Notes under the pieces: generated by a model | The model's database searches: none | Told to the model about the DNA's origin: nothing | The model's input: only the letters and a program-made list of their open reading frames with translations | From: Octopus sinensis | Taxonomy: Eukaryota | Direction: 5' to 3' | DNA: 64,000 nt | NCBI RefSeq assembly: GCF_006345805.1 | Contig: NC_043007.1 | Span: 46,810,001 to 46,874,000 of the forward strand | Made by a program: the position numbers and the translations under genes | Shown: positions 13,171 to 25,733 of the stretch, one piece after another | Layout of the letters: the number at the start of each line of letters is the position of its first letter | Position numbering within the stretch: the stretch's first letter is position 1

Positions 13171-13912
13171 TATGTTTACGATACACAGTTTAGGTTTCGC
13201 AGGCATACAATAAAGAAGTTAAAGTATATGTATTGTATGCCTTAATCTTTGTCGCAGTGGAAATACTACGTCTATACGATAGGCTGTTTTGCAGTCTGCC
13301 AAAAGCAAAGTGACTTTCTGAATGTGTAGTGACACTACATCATCAAGATTCGCTGATGTGTATAGTGTGCTCCCTAGTGTTCTTCCATACACGAAGATAG
13401 CAGGTTCTGTGTATGGCATTCCTGGTGCTGGCTGAAATAAAACAATTTTAGTTAGATTTATGGTTAAACTCAGTGCCTTACAAGTCGTTGAAATTGCATT
13501 CATAAGATTTTGCATGTCCTGATTTGTATGGGTAACAATATCACAATCACCTGCATAGAGGAGGCCTCTGATAACAGTTGATGACGTCATTGACTTAGCC
13601 GACAGTCTTCTGATGTTAAAGATTTTTTCCTGTTGCGCGATTCTGATATGTATGCCTACATAGGAGCCTTTGGAATTCAATTGAAAAACTATAGTAAAAT
13701 AGAGGGTGAAGAGAGTGCGTGCTAGTATATCTCCTTCTTTCACCCTATTCATAACGGAGATAGCCCCCCCCCCCCGAGCTTTCCACCAATGTTGATCTTT
13801 ACTTCCATGCCATCATGAAAATAATTCAGAATAGTGAGAATCTTTACTCGGCATCCAAGTCTCCTCAAGATCTCCCACAAGGCATTTCGACTGAAACATC
13901 CTTAGTAAGATA
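13171..13912 (-). mobile_element. RTE-clade LINE reverse transcriptase fragment (inverted segment)
   Basis: DLTK..LWEILRRLGC..FHDGM..RVKEGDILARTLF..FNIRRLSAK..LLYAGDC (YADD decayed)..LTINL..FQPAPG..FGRL..LLYACET*TVYRK. Confidence 0.88.
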
Positions 13913-13916
13913 AATG

Positions 13917-14790
13917 TTTAAGGTATACAATACATGTATGTGAATCTGTTTATTGTATGTTTGCGAAACACGGACTGTGTATCGTAAGACTTAAAACTTA
14001 TGGAACGGTTTCATCAATGTCTCAGAAGGATTTTGAGGCTCAGCTGGAAAATATTTGTGAGTGACGATGTGGTGCTTGAAAGAGAGAAACGCTTCAGTAC
14101 TGAAGATTGCCATCGCAGTTCAGATTGAGATAGAGTGGACTCTTAGAATGACAGACAACCACCAGGATGCCTAAGCAACATTTTTACGGAGAATAGGTGA
14201 CACGTAAGCGTCCGTTCCACAAACCAAAGATGACGTACAAAGATTGTCTGAAGTCGGGACTGAATAAGATAAATGTTCCAATTGACAACTGGAAAGATTT
14301 AGTGCATTGCTGAGAAAAATGGTTAAATGTTGTGTATGAATGCAAATAGGAATTTGAAAGGAAGAGAATGGAGCATGTAAGGATCAAATGAAAGATTCGA
14401 AAAGTGACAGGAATGATGTTGTAACAAGCATTAATGAACGTGATGATCTCTACATGTGATAAATTTGGAAAGATTTGTCTTAGCAAGGCTGGGCTAAAGA
14501 GCCATATGAAATCCCACATTGCACAAACGCACATTAATTACAGATGGACAGATGATTTCGAATGCATACTCGGTCATAAAGTATGCAGATCAAAAAGTAT
14601 CTTGAAAAGGCATAGTAAAGTTCATGAAGCTGTAAACTATACAATCACCAAGTTTTCTTGCACTAATTGTCAAAAACCATGCAAGTCTTTGAAAGGCTCC
14701 AACAGCCATATTCGTGCACCTCATCGATGATATTCTATGGCATAAAGAAATCAGTGAATGGCTCTACTCGAAATTTATTTGGCAATCATC
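13917..14790 (+). mobile_element. RTE-clade LINE 3' part with C2H2 zinc-finger tail
   Basis: KVYN..LLYVCET..ERFHQCLRRIL..MPKQHFYGE..KPKMTYKDCLK..CDKFGKICLSKAGLKSHMKSH, then CTNCQKPCKSLKGSNSH. Followed by (TGTA)n at ~14792-14842. Confidence 0.85.
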
Positions 14791-16936
14791 ATGTATGTAT
14801 GTATGTATGTATGTATGTATGTATGTATGTATGTATGTATGTATTCATCGATATTGCTAAGACATGTTAGACACACAATCCCACTACAGATGGTTGCGAA
14901 ATGAGTAACAAAAATATTTCATCATTGTTCATAAAATTTCATATTCGGCAAACTTCTTTTGTGAACTGGTTTGATAACAGACGGACATCTATGATTTTGC
15001 ACCAAATTCTTTGGAGTTTTGTGTAAAATAACTAAACTTGGACAGCAATAATTTTTAACGAATTCGGGACGTCAAAGACGGTGACACATACAAAATAACT
15101 AGATGATTCCCTCGCACATTTAAACGTGTTGGTCACATTCTGAGTTCAGCAGTGTCTGCCAAGTATCATGCAAAGTCGAATAGCACAAATTACGATATCC
15201 GTGAAATAACTGCCAAAATACGATTAGATGTTCCAACAATATTGCAACACCTGCAAACTTGTTTCGTTAGGGAAGCAAATAACTTTATGAGTATTACACA
15301 TTCTAACTTAACGTTCTTGTATTTTACCAATAAGTTTTCTAACCTAACCTTAAACAAATCTTCATCAAACTTTCCAGATAAGAGGATTCTGTAAATATCA
15401 ACTCTTGAGTTAGAGCTAAAATATGTTTTGTGCATCTAACTCACAATTCCACAGTGCAAAAGAATCTGTATGACCTTTCTCTATATAGCCAAAACTACCT
15501 AAACTGTTTAACCAAATATATAGCTTCCCCGATGATATCAGCCAAATAAACTTATAAGTCTCACCAGTATTGACAAATGACATCGAAATAGTTCGTATCA
15601 TCCACAATCATTCTTCTCTCTTCCTATCTAATCCTCCCCAATTATATTCAAATGCAAGACACTGCACTCAATTTCCATAAATAGATGCTTTGCCACATTG
15701 ACTGACCACTCTATAAGACTCACTGTTTTATGACATTGGGAGCGGCGAAAAAGCTGTACTCATGATTTTTAAGAGTCTCTACCATTAGAGACTACAGAGA
15801 GAAATGTAGCCGGGATAGAAAGATAAGAAGTAATGCAGTAAGAAAGCAAAAATCAGTATAACGTTGATGCAGAGATATAAAAGTATAATATGCGAGAATT
15901 ACATTTGACAAACAACCCGTATAGATCTATATGTTGCAAAATTTCCAGGGTATCTCCTCATTTCTCATTTTCATATGAACCAGAGGTAAAATTATTCTAT
16001 AGATGTTCCCCCAGCGCAGCGTAGCAAGGAAGCTTGCAGTTAAACTGTTTAACAAATGCTGCCGGAGCATATACATTTTAAAGAGTGTCACGACTCGAAG
16101 AGATGTATGAAGACTATTTCAATTCTAATAATCTACAGGCTTCGCTACATGTTTAAAGCACTGAACAAAGTGCTCTACTGTATATGTTCCACCTTTTTTA
16201 TGATCTGAGTCCATAACCCCTTGAAATCAACCTTAATTTTCATTGTTCTGGGTCGACGAAATAATATTCAAGTCAAGGGCAGCTGGAGTTGATATAACTG
16301 AATAACTACCATCCGCGGCCCTACTACGATCTGAAACTTTGTTCTTGTGTTAGAAACAATTGCTCTACAGACATTGAAGTAAATATATTCACAGAATATC
16401 AATTACAGCAATTGCCACCAGTCTAAGTTGAGAGGTCTTGAACAAGTTAGAGACATTTCCTTTCTTCAACTAACTTATATAAAAATAGAAAAGAAGCTAT
16501 ATCGAAGATATTGCAAAGAAAAATACTCGATGATAGTTTCCTGGCTTTTTTTTTTCGAAAATCTCTGTTTAATTACCGAGAGACTATTTATTGGCTTACT
16601 TCTAAAAATCTGTGAATTCTGAATACTACTGAGATCAAATAAACTCATAAACAAATATATGACATTGAGCTACGAAACAGAATTCATCAAACATAGATGG
16701 TTTCGGCTTTTAGAATTCTAACACAATAAACTATATCACTGGCCGCCGGGAAGCTAATAATTCTTCATATATATATACATCTTTCTAAAGCCAAGATCTT
16801 AATACTCTGACATATTCCAGAAGTTTAATACTAAAACATGTTCTCTAGTTTTACACTGAAAAGGAGTTTCAAAAATATTTCGATTTTGGATTTGGTTTGC
16901 AAGATTCTTTATATGAGTTCGTGTGTTGAAGCATAT

Positions 16937-17619
16937 TCTGTTGTGTCTGGAGAGAGTCATTTTCTTTTTGTGCCTTATAATGTAACACACTCACCGGTAA
17001 AATTTCCACTTATTTTCTTATTTTTACTTTCCTAAAATTTTCGTTGCATCTTGCAACCTTTTCAATAGTCTTGACTCTGTCCGTTATTTACACAGCGTTC
17101 CATTTTTTTGTTTGCGTGCATATGCGTGGGTCAGTCTGTGTGTGCCTATGCATGCATGCATGTACGTATGTATGTGTATATGTACACATACATACGAACA
17201 GACAAGCACACATACGCAAATGGAGACTGGCACACATGGCCATATATACACACACTTTACTCCAGAGAAGGACACATATGGAGACACGGATCCGCACATA
17301 CAAACATGGTACATAGTTACATAACACACACACAGACATGCACACGCAAGGAGATAGAGGTGCATACATATATACACATATACAAACATACATGAATGCA
17401 TAAGCACACACACACACACACTGACCCAACACACATGCGCACAAACAAACAAAAAGGAACGCAGTGTAAATAACAGACGGAGTCAAGACTATTGAAAAGT
17501 TTGCAAGACGCAACGAAAATTTTAGGAAAATAAAAATAAGAAATAAGTGGGAATTTTACCGGTGAGTGTGTTACATTATAAGGCACAAAAAGAAAATGAC
17601 TCTCCCCAGACACAACAGA
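16937..17619. mobile_element. Foldback/MITE-like element with ~220-bp inverted arms
   Basis: 16937-~17155 is the reverse complement of ~17390-17619 with scattered mismatches (tctgttgtgtctggagagagtc.. / ..gactctccccagacacaacaga). No clear TSD. Confidence 0.85.
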
Positions 17620-18643
17620 TTTTAAAAATCATTTCCTCTAATTATATATATTAGATAAATGGCAAACGATTATCAAATATATGAACTTTAGGAAGTTATA
17701 TTAAGCAACTGGTAAATAGTAAGTGTAAGATATCTAAAGATGGACAGAAGATAAACGGATGCCAGGCATTATGGCTTCTATGGCTATATAATATGTATGG
17801 TGTTTAATTTCTAACATTACTGGAATAAACAAACTTAAATCCCAATGTTAATTATTCCATTATAAATAATTTCTAATTCCTTTTCAAGAAAATTGTACGA
17901 AGCCATGTCGATAAAGGAGTGTTCTAAATTTACCTACATGATTATATATAGAAAAGTTGATTCTGAATATCTGATGCAATACACCAACCACACGGTGGTA
18001 ATCACAACTCCATTATTTTCTGTATGCAATTTATAGTGCAAACTTTTTCCTCGTTATATGCAACTAACAATCCAGTAACAATTTTATCAAGAGATTTAAA
18101 AGTTAGACGACCTCCGAATTATTGTTCACTCTAGCGTGTAAGACCTAATAAATGAATCATGCTATATTTTCATCTTATATCATCGTTTAGCTGTTCTGTA
18201 TTACATTTTAAAATTCTCTGCTTAATTACGTAATGTAAGATATTTCAACAACCACACCACAATTCATATCCCCTTGCTAAATCCATAAACTCATATAAAA
18301 TACATAACTCAAAAGAATCATAGAAAACCCTGAAGCCGCATAAACATCAAGAGATATATTCGCGCACATTTCCTCAAACAAGAACAGCTGAATGTATCAT
18401 TATTGTTGGCAGGCTTCCTTAACGAACACAAATTAAGCAGGAAGGGAGTAGATCATTTATCGTTCTCAAACTAATATAGAAAGACATCTCCTATATTTAT
18501 AAGTAAATCAAATTTGTTTCTATAAGAAGCCATATCAATTTAACGACGTCATGTAATCTTTGGATATTCTAATGAATATGCAGACATTATATGTGTGTGT
18601 GTGTGTGTACGATGTATGCGTGCCTGTGTGTGCGTATGTGAGT

Positions 18644-18647
<4 letters not shown>

Positions 18648-18700
<53 letters not shown>

Positions 18701-18753
18701 TATATGTGCATGTCTGTATGTGTACCAGTGTTGCCTGTGGGAGTGTGTCTAAC

Positions 18754-18790
<37 letters not shown>

Positions 18791-18861
18791 GCATGTATAT
18801 GTATAGATCGATACATATAAATTACGGCTATATACATACATGTATGCATACATACGTGCAA

Positions 18862-18894
<33 letters not shown>

Positions 18895-18958
18895 CATACA
18901 TACATACATACATACATACATACATACATACATACATACATACATACATACATACATA
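18648..18958. repeat. (TA)n and (TACA)n microsatellite cluster
   Basis: Direct reading. Confidence 0.92.
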
Positions 18959-19359
18959 CGTGCATATCTACATAAATGCATGCATATTTAAATCCACTTG
19001 GGAAAGTGATTGCCGTCGTAGTTGACGTTGATATCCTTAAAGGGGTTTTTAGTAATCTTTGTTGTATGAGTTTTGCTATTGTTCGCAGGGAAAGCGTAAT
19101 TTGTTCTATTTTGCAACCGCAGTGACAACAGAGTTATAAGGTGTTAAATTTAACATGATAAATTATAAATCATAACAGGAAGAGGTGAAAGTTAGGGAGT
19201 GTAAGGTAGGATTACATGACACAGAGAGGGGTTTATAGAGAGAGAAATGGAGCCGTGGTAGAAAGACAAGTAAAGCAGTAAGAATGCAAAAATCAGTATA
19301 ATGTTGATGCAGTGATATAATATTGCAATATCCAAGGAAGTAAGGTAATAAATAAATAA

Positions 19360-19401
<42 letters not shown>

Positions 19402-19432
19402 CTATATATATATATATTATATATATATATAT

Positions 19433-19567
19433 ATTAAATTAGAGATATAACCACTATTAGGCAAATCATATATTTTATATGTCATATTAATTAATTTTAT
19501 TTCTATGTTTTGGTTTATGGTTTTCACTGTTTGATTTGCCTAATAGTGGTTTTATCTCTAATTTAAT
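19433..19567. mobile_element. 135-bp MITE embedded in (TA)n
   Basis: 36-bp TIRs at 19433-19468 and 19532-19567 with one mismatch; 63-bp spacer; TA repeats on both sides. Confidence 0.8.
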
Positions 19568-19680
19568 ATATATATATTTATACTGTAAAATTAGATTTAA
19601 TTCTAAATTCTAAATCTAATTTGACCCTGTAAGTTTGGATTTACTCCCTAATATTGTTATTATAATAATTATATATATAA

Positions 19681-20211
19681 TGGTGCCTGTCAGTGACCTC
19701 TTCACTAGCTGACAAATACGGCTCCCGTACTACTCACAGGTCAAAGGAGACCTGTTGAGTTTACAGTAGCCGGGTCCTTGTCTACATATCCTATCTAAGA
19801 CAAGCGTACAGGACACAAGTTTGTGATCGCTGTAGCTGACATAGTGAAATTATGGACAACTATCTATATTCTTTACGTCTAACTATAAACCTATCTAGAT
19901 AAGATCTAAATGATCCGTCGCTGTTCTTTTATGTCCATACGGGAGCGTACAGAAATTCTAGCCTATACTGATCTGCCAGTTGACAGCGACTGAGAAGATC
20001 GGTGAGGCATAGTTTACTTCTTCTACTGAGATTCGAGCCAAGACAATTTACGCGTGCATCGCAGATTGTGTTGAAGGCACTCAATAATAATAATACTATT
20101 GTGTGAAATGTGTCAAGGAAATGTTCTAGGTTTGTAAAACAGTCAGACTGTATAGTCTCGTAGGGAGCGTAGACACCTACCAGCCTGAACGACTTACCAC
20201 TGTTGTCAACA
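19681..20211. mobile_element. Possible solo LTR
   Basis: Non-coding block of higher complexity than its flanks, TG...CA ends, ATAA on both sides as a possible 4-bp TSD. No second copy in the window. Confidence 0.3.
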
Positions 20212-20229
20212 ATAAATTAACCCCCCCCC

Positions 20230-22365
20230 CTCACTCGAATAACGGGGAAAATGTTCAGAAAAATCTGCAAACGCAGAACCTAACAACAACTAAAAAATAA
20301 GACAAACACAGAATAGTTCCAACAATAACAACCCAATAATGCAACACTCACGTATGAAATAAACCAATCCAAAGGCAAACTTGCACTAAGAATAAGTTAA
20401 TTCTTTATTGCCCACGAGGAGCCAAAATAGTACAGCACAGCCTGATTGGGGTGAGACGGAAACATGATGGTTCAAAATCTATGCAGCAATAAAATGATAA
20501 ATCGGATAATGATACAAATTACAATACAAAGAATATAAACAGAAAAATGGGGCAGGGAAACGAGTAAAGCTCCGACCCCACGAGCTCTTTTCTACTGCCG
20601 AAACCTTTCGGTATGACCTATGGCCTACTCACGAAGTGTCTTTCACGCACAACACTCGTGCTACACGCGGCCATCTTTCTTTGAGCATTCTCTCTGAAAG
20701 ACATCTCTCCAGCCCCACTTTCCTTTTCAGAGGAAAGGGGGAAAGACCTCACTAACACGTTCTCGTCTTCCATATCACCTCTTTCGCAATTGTTACCACT
20801 GCGAGAAAACAATTCTTACCTATTTTGTGAAGAAATCCGGGGGTCAATTTTTACAATTGACTCAGACGATAGCTATACTCTTCTTGTATCCGACAACAAA
20901 TGTTCCACATAAGCCCACACTTCCAGACACTGAACAATACGGCGCAGGACGGTTTCCTTATCCTGCTCGCATCCTGGACAGGCCGATGCACCGGTTTCGC
21001 CGTATCTAGTGAGCTTATCCCGAACTGGAAAGACACCTCAGTAATACTGCCAGGTCAGCGACATTTGGAAGCTGTTCAGAGTCTTTGACTCGAATGTCCG
21101 TTGGAACAGACTATCTAACTGGTTATTATCAAGACCCAGGGTCTCCCTCAGGATATTATCAGGTTCAGCCACTACCAACCTGCTATAAAAAGATGCAGTC
21201 GTACCAAGACCGTTGACATTGCCCGAGCGGCGGTAGGAGAGCTTTGCGGAACACCGTGAACCAAGTACCAAACCTCGATCTTCGAGGAAACCAGATTTCC
21301 CGTCCACGAAAACTAGTGAACCTTGGAAACATCTGTTTTGCAAGCGGAGACCACACACCTTCACCATCCAGGAGAAGCCAGAGTTGCCTCAACCTCAGCG
21401 CATGCTTGCGCATCAACAGCCACAGCATTCCTAGTCCTCCATCTACAGGCTTTTGACAGCAGATAGAACGCATCAGAAGTGGAGTCGACCCCTTCCACAA
21501 AAAGTGGAAGATCTGCTTCTCCAAGTTGCTCAACCATGAATCTGGACAGGGAACGATGGTTAGGCGGTGTGTGATGACCGATGCTATAAGCACACTGGCT
21601 ACCTCCATCTTCCTTTCCAAGGATAGCCTTCGCCAAAACTAGGTCTTGACTATTAGAGTCACCTTGCCCGATAATTCAGCCCAGATCTTGTCTACCTGGG
21701 GATCTGAGCCAAACCAGACACCTAGCAACTTAACCGGGCCCTCAGTTGTGATCGGCTCTTCACAGCACTCAGCATCCCGCCATGAGAGGCGTGACAGCAC
21801 AGCGAGGAAGCCCATAAGGTCCACCCTACTATCCGGCCCATCGCCTCCCCACCAACACAACCACGAAAAGCTGGCTGAAGTTATCCTGAAAGGTCTTACA
21901 CATCTCGGGTTCGTTTACCACCTAACTTTGTGGGATCACCAAAAATCGATCTATGGAATCGTTTCCCCGTTGGGCTTCCACGAATCGCGGTCATCCAGCA
22001 GCTCTGATCCCCCCGCAACTCATTGCACGCATTCTAGCCCTGTTAATGCACCCCATGTGTTTGGCGTCGCGGTGCTTGTTTAACTCTAGTCTCTTTGTCT
22101 TCATCTAGGATGCATTGCCAGTCTTCATGACTTCCTCTAAATCCTTAACTAATTTCTCTTCCCTCTTACGATCTCTAGCCACTAAACCTATGCTATATCT
22201 CATAGACTCGAATTTAATGGCTCTTTGGAGGGCATACCACCATTTGTTGCTAATAATAGAACCGGCTAATGCACTCTGTACTATCAACTTGATCCGGTTC
22301 CAGTACTCTTCAGTCAGCAAAAGGGACGTATTGAGTTTCCAGTAGCCGGATTATCAGGGTCCGTT
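20230..22365 (-). mobile_element. L1/Tx1-clade LINE ORF2 remnant with RT core deleted
   Basis: GYWKLNTSLL..KWW..IKFESMRYS, FQDNFSQLF, EEPITTE|GPVKLLGVWFG, FHFLWKG..GGLG, CPGCEQDKETV(R)..C zinc knuckle, LKRK..ERW..stop near 20630, then 3' UTR. Confidence 0.88.
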
Positions 22366-22959
22366 GCACTAAGTATAAGTACAAGATAAAGTTATTACCT
22401 GCTTTTATAGAAAATTTAAGCTGGTAGTTTATCCCATTCCCCTGACTTTTAGTTCATGCAAATGAAAATATGCATTATGTATGGGATGACCCAATACATG
22501 CAGTTAGATGATAAGCAGCTTTATTTATTATAGTACAGATGTGGCTAATTCAGAGAAAAATCACTTTCATTATTCACACATCGTCACTCTCGTAATGCAA
22601 CACTAATTTTGGTTCAAATTGAAAGTGTGAAACTATTTTCACTTTCTAATGAAACCTGGTCATTGTAGAGCAGTATGTTTCAAATAACTCAACCTGGTTG
22701 TTGATATAACATAGAAAATATGTAAATGAAAAGTTTTTTTGGTACCTTTTGTACTCTTGGTACTCTTGTTGATGTAGGGTCTAAAGGGGACGGGTTGGGT
22801 ATTTCTTTTTTCTTTGTACGTTTTCTTTTTGTGGGTTACACTAGAAGAATTTTTTTTGATTTCCTCTCTTTCGTTTTCGGTTCTAATTCATATTACTGAA
22901 TCATTTGATATCCCATAAGTCAAAGTCGACAACTCAGTTTTCGAATGCATAAGGAACAT

Positions 22960-22962
<3 letters not shown>

Positions 22963-23032
<70 letters not shown>

Positions 23033-23378
23033 AACACTCTTATATATATATAAACAGATATATACATAGGAAGAGAGAGGGAGAAAGAAAGTTGGAAGCA
23101 ACGTGATAGACAGGGCGACAGAGAGATAGAGATCTAATTAGGAAAATTGATGCAGGTGTCACTTTTATATTTAAATGATAGATGTAATTTTGTATTTCAT
23201 GCACCATTCCTTACTTATATTTCAATATCATTAATGCTATTTTTGCCTTTTTATATCAACGAGTGTATGCATATATATATATAAATGCATACATACATAT
23301 ACACACACACATACATACATACATTCATACATACATACATACATACATACATACATACATACATACATACATACATAC
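22963..23378. repeat. (AC)n and (TACA)n microsatellites
   Basis: (AC)n at ~22963-23027 and (TACA)n at ~23288-23378. Confidence 0.9.
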
Positions 23379-23600
23379 ATGGCCCTCTATCTAAAACGAA
23401 AACAAGGCGGCAAAGGCTTAAAATCGATCCAAAATGCCTTTGAATGTCGTATCATTTCCCTTCGGCAACATATTTCATCCACCAAGTGTAGAAGTGCATC
23501 CCTTGACCAACTTTGCATACATACGACTAATAACATCAGAAGATTTGAAAGGCAGCTCCTTCAGCAACATTCTTTCTCTGATATCCTTAGAATACATGCA
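23379..23600 (+). mobile_element. LINE ORF fragment (RT C-terminal region)
   Basis: LYLKRKQGGKGLKSIQNAFECRIISLRQHI resembles the LYL.R..GGRGL motif of non-LTR RTs. Confidence 0.65.
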
Positions 23601-23633
23601 CAAAGAAGGCACACGATTCTACATGTAATCAAC

Positions 23634-23790
23634 TACGAAGTAGTGCTTAAAAGTTCCTGGCTTTAACGGTATCGGGTAAGACCTCGTTGGAAGCCCAGCC
23701 TTCCGAGTTCTTTTAAGGGGCTCTGCAAACATGAAAACACTGCAATAACTTTGTGAAACTGAGAGGGATATATGTGGAATAAAATCATAA
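23634..23790 (+). mobile_element. Tc1/mariner-like terminal remnant
   Basis: TA followed by CGAAGTAGTGCTTAAAAGTTCCTGGCTTT resembles mariner-type TIRs. No partner TIR identified. Confidence 0.45.
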
Positions 23791-24577
23791 TTGACTGATG
23801 CTCTTGTATTATATTTTAGCCAAATCCAAGAACTTGCAACATCCCACGCGTATAAATTAGCCGTAAACTATTCTAATAATAGTGAAAAACTTTATGGGAA
23901 TATTGTTACACCAACTAACATAAACATTCGTACTTAGTTTAATACATTTTGTTCACTTGAATCTACAAGGCTTAAATTGATATTAAAATATATGACACTT
24001 AAATATTTACTCATTATTAAGGATAATAATTACGAGTTCGTTTTATCTTTAACCAATTTCTCCTGATATTGTACTTTAGTAAATACTAACGTTTGAGGTA
24101 ATATATGTTAGAAGGTTTTCAACTTCGATGCTACAATTTACTAATTACACATTGTTCGAAAATCAATACATATATATTTACTATTTACATATATATTGGT
24201 TAGCCAGAGATGTAGTCAGCTTGGCGAAGAAGAGTTAGCTGTAAATAAATTGTCTTTTTGTTGCATTCTAACACAAATGGCTAATGCGTTTTGTAAACTA
24301 CCGCCACGCCAGACTTATAATTATTGTAGACTATGTTTAGCTTCAACTTCCGTATGGTAATGTCTGTAGGGAGTCCGTTTCAACGAAGTAAATAGAGATG
24401 TGGCAAGTTTGATGGTGTCAAATGTTTAGTGAATTTATAGGGCCTGAAATGAGTTGTAAATGGCTTGGAGAAAAGAGTTGAATTAATTACTTCATGTTGT
24501 TTAGAGATGATACACAGCTACATATACAGATGCGAGAAAAGGAAAATGAAAGAATGATGCAGCGAGTTGGTTTAGAG

Positions 24578-25733
24578 CGGGGGGTCACCAAACTACAGCC
24601 CGTGAGGTCAGTTCATCCGGCCCGCCATTACACTGTACCTTTTATGTAAGTACCTGCAATGAGAGTTCATTCCTGCAGCGATCGTGTTTTAACTGGAATT
24701 GTTGTGTTTGTACATTCACTTGACGAAATTTTTTGATGAAACTGAATCTGTCGTGCACAAGTTACAAAATAGCGCATAAGATGACACAGCGAGGAAAACC
24801 GTTTTCTGACGGCAACTTCATCAAAGAGTGTATGACGGAAGTAGGAAATGACTTGCGTCCTGAGAAAGTCGATTTGCTTGCAAGTATCAGCCTTTCAGGA
24901 AGTTCAACTGTGCGGAGAACAGAAGAACTTGGAGAGAACATAGGGCTAAAGGTACGCGAGAATGTTAAGAACGTCTTGTATTCTCTGGTGCTGTATAAGT
25001 CTACTGATCTTCGACTTCCAGACGCTCTCAGCATGCGCTCTGTGGGAAAGACAGATATTTTTTGCGCACTGAAACCAGTGGTTTCTGCGCTGAACTTCAT
25101 TCGGGGTCATGCCCTTAATCACCGCCAATTCCAGGCTTTTCTAGAAGAAATTGATTTTGAATTCTGTGACTTACCTTATCACACAGCAGTGAGGTGGCTC
25201 AACTGCGACAATGTCTTCTCTCGTTTTTTATAAGCTCTGAAGAGAAACAAATATTTTTCTCACCAACAAGGATAGAGCTGCTCCACTTCTGTCAGATGCT
25301 ACCTATTGGTCAAGGTTGGCATTTATGGTTGGCATCACATCTCACCTGAATGAATTGACCCTCAAACTTATATCTGTGAAGCCAGCACATCAAACGAGGT
25401 TGACTGATAATATTTCAGAGGAACACTCTTGGTTGGATGCAACTATTCCAGAGCAAATATCGATGATATCTTAAAATCTAAACAACAGTTTCATAAATCT
25501 CACTAACCATTTTTGCTGCTTAGTTTGTAAGATTCAGACATTTACACTCTGTGTGTGATATAACTATCTTATTATTGACGTCAACTTCTTTGATAACATT
25601 TTGCAAATAAATATGTAGGTTGTCCTTACTTTTAGTGTTTTCACTGTATTGTATTAAACAAAAGGGCCATCCTGCTCGAGCTCGTCATTCTTTCAGTTAT
25701 CCTATCTGCGGTGAAAAGGTTTGGTGACACCTA
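24578..25733 (+). mobile_element. Internally deleted hAT transposon (Charlie/Buster/SPIN-like; GTF2IRD2-type transposase)
   Basis: TIRs cggggggtcaccaaac / gtttggtgacaccta; 8-bp TSD gtttagag / ccttagag. ORF 24733-25233 reads KPFSDGNFIKECM..SLS..VRR..STD|..NFIRGHALNHRQFQAFLEE..LPYHTAVRWL. Confidence 0.88.

Noticed and set aside
15790-15895. ~95-bp direct similarity to 19240-19330; likewise 59062-59120 to ~61290-61348
   Set aside because: Diverged fragments of unidentified dispersed repeats; they do not bound a recognisable element.
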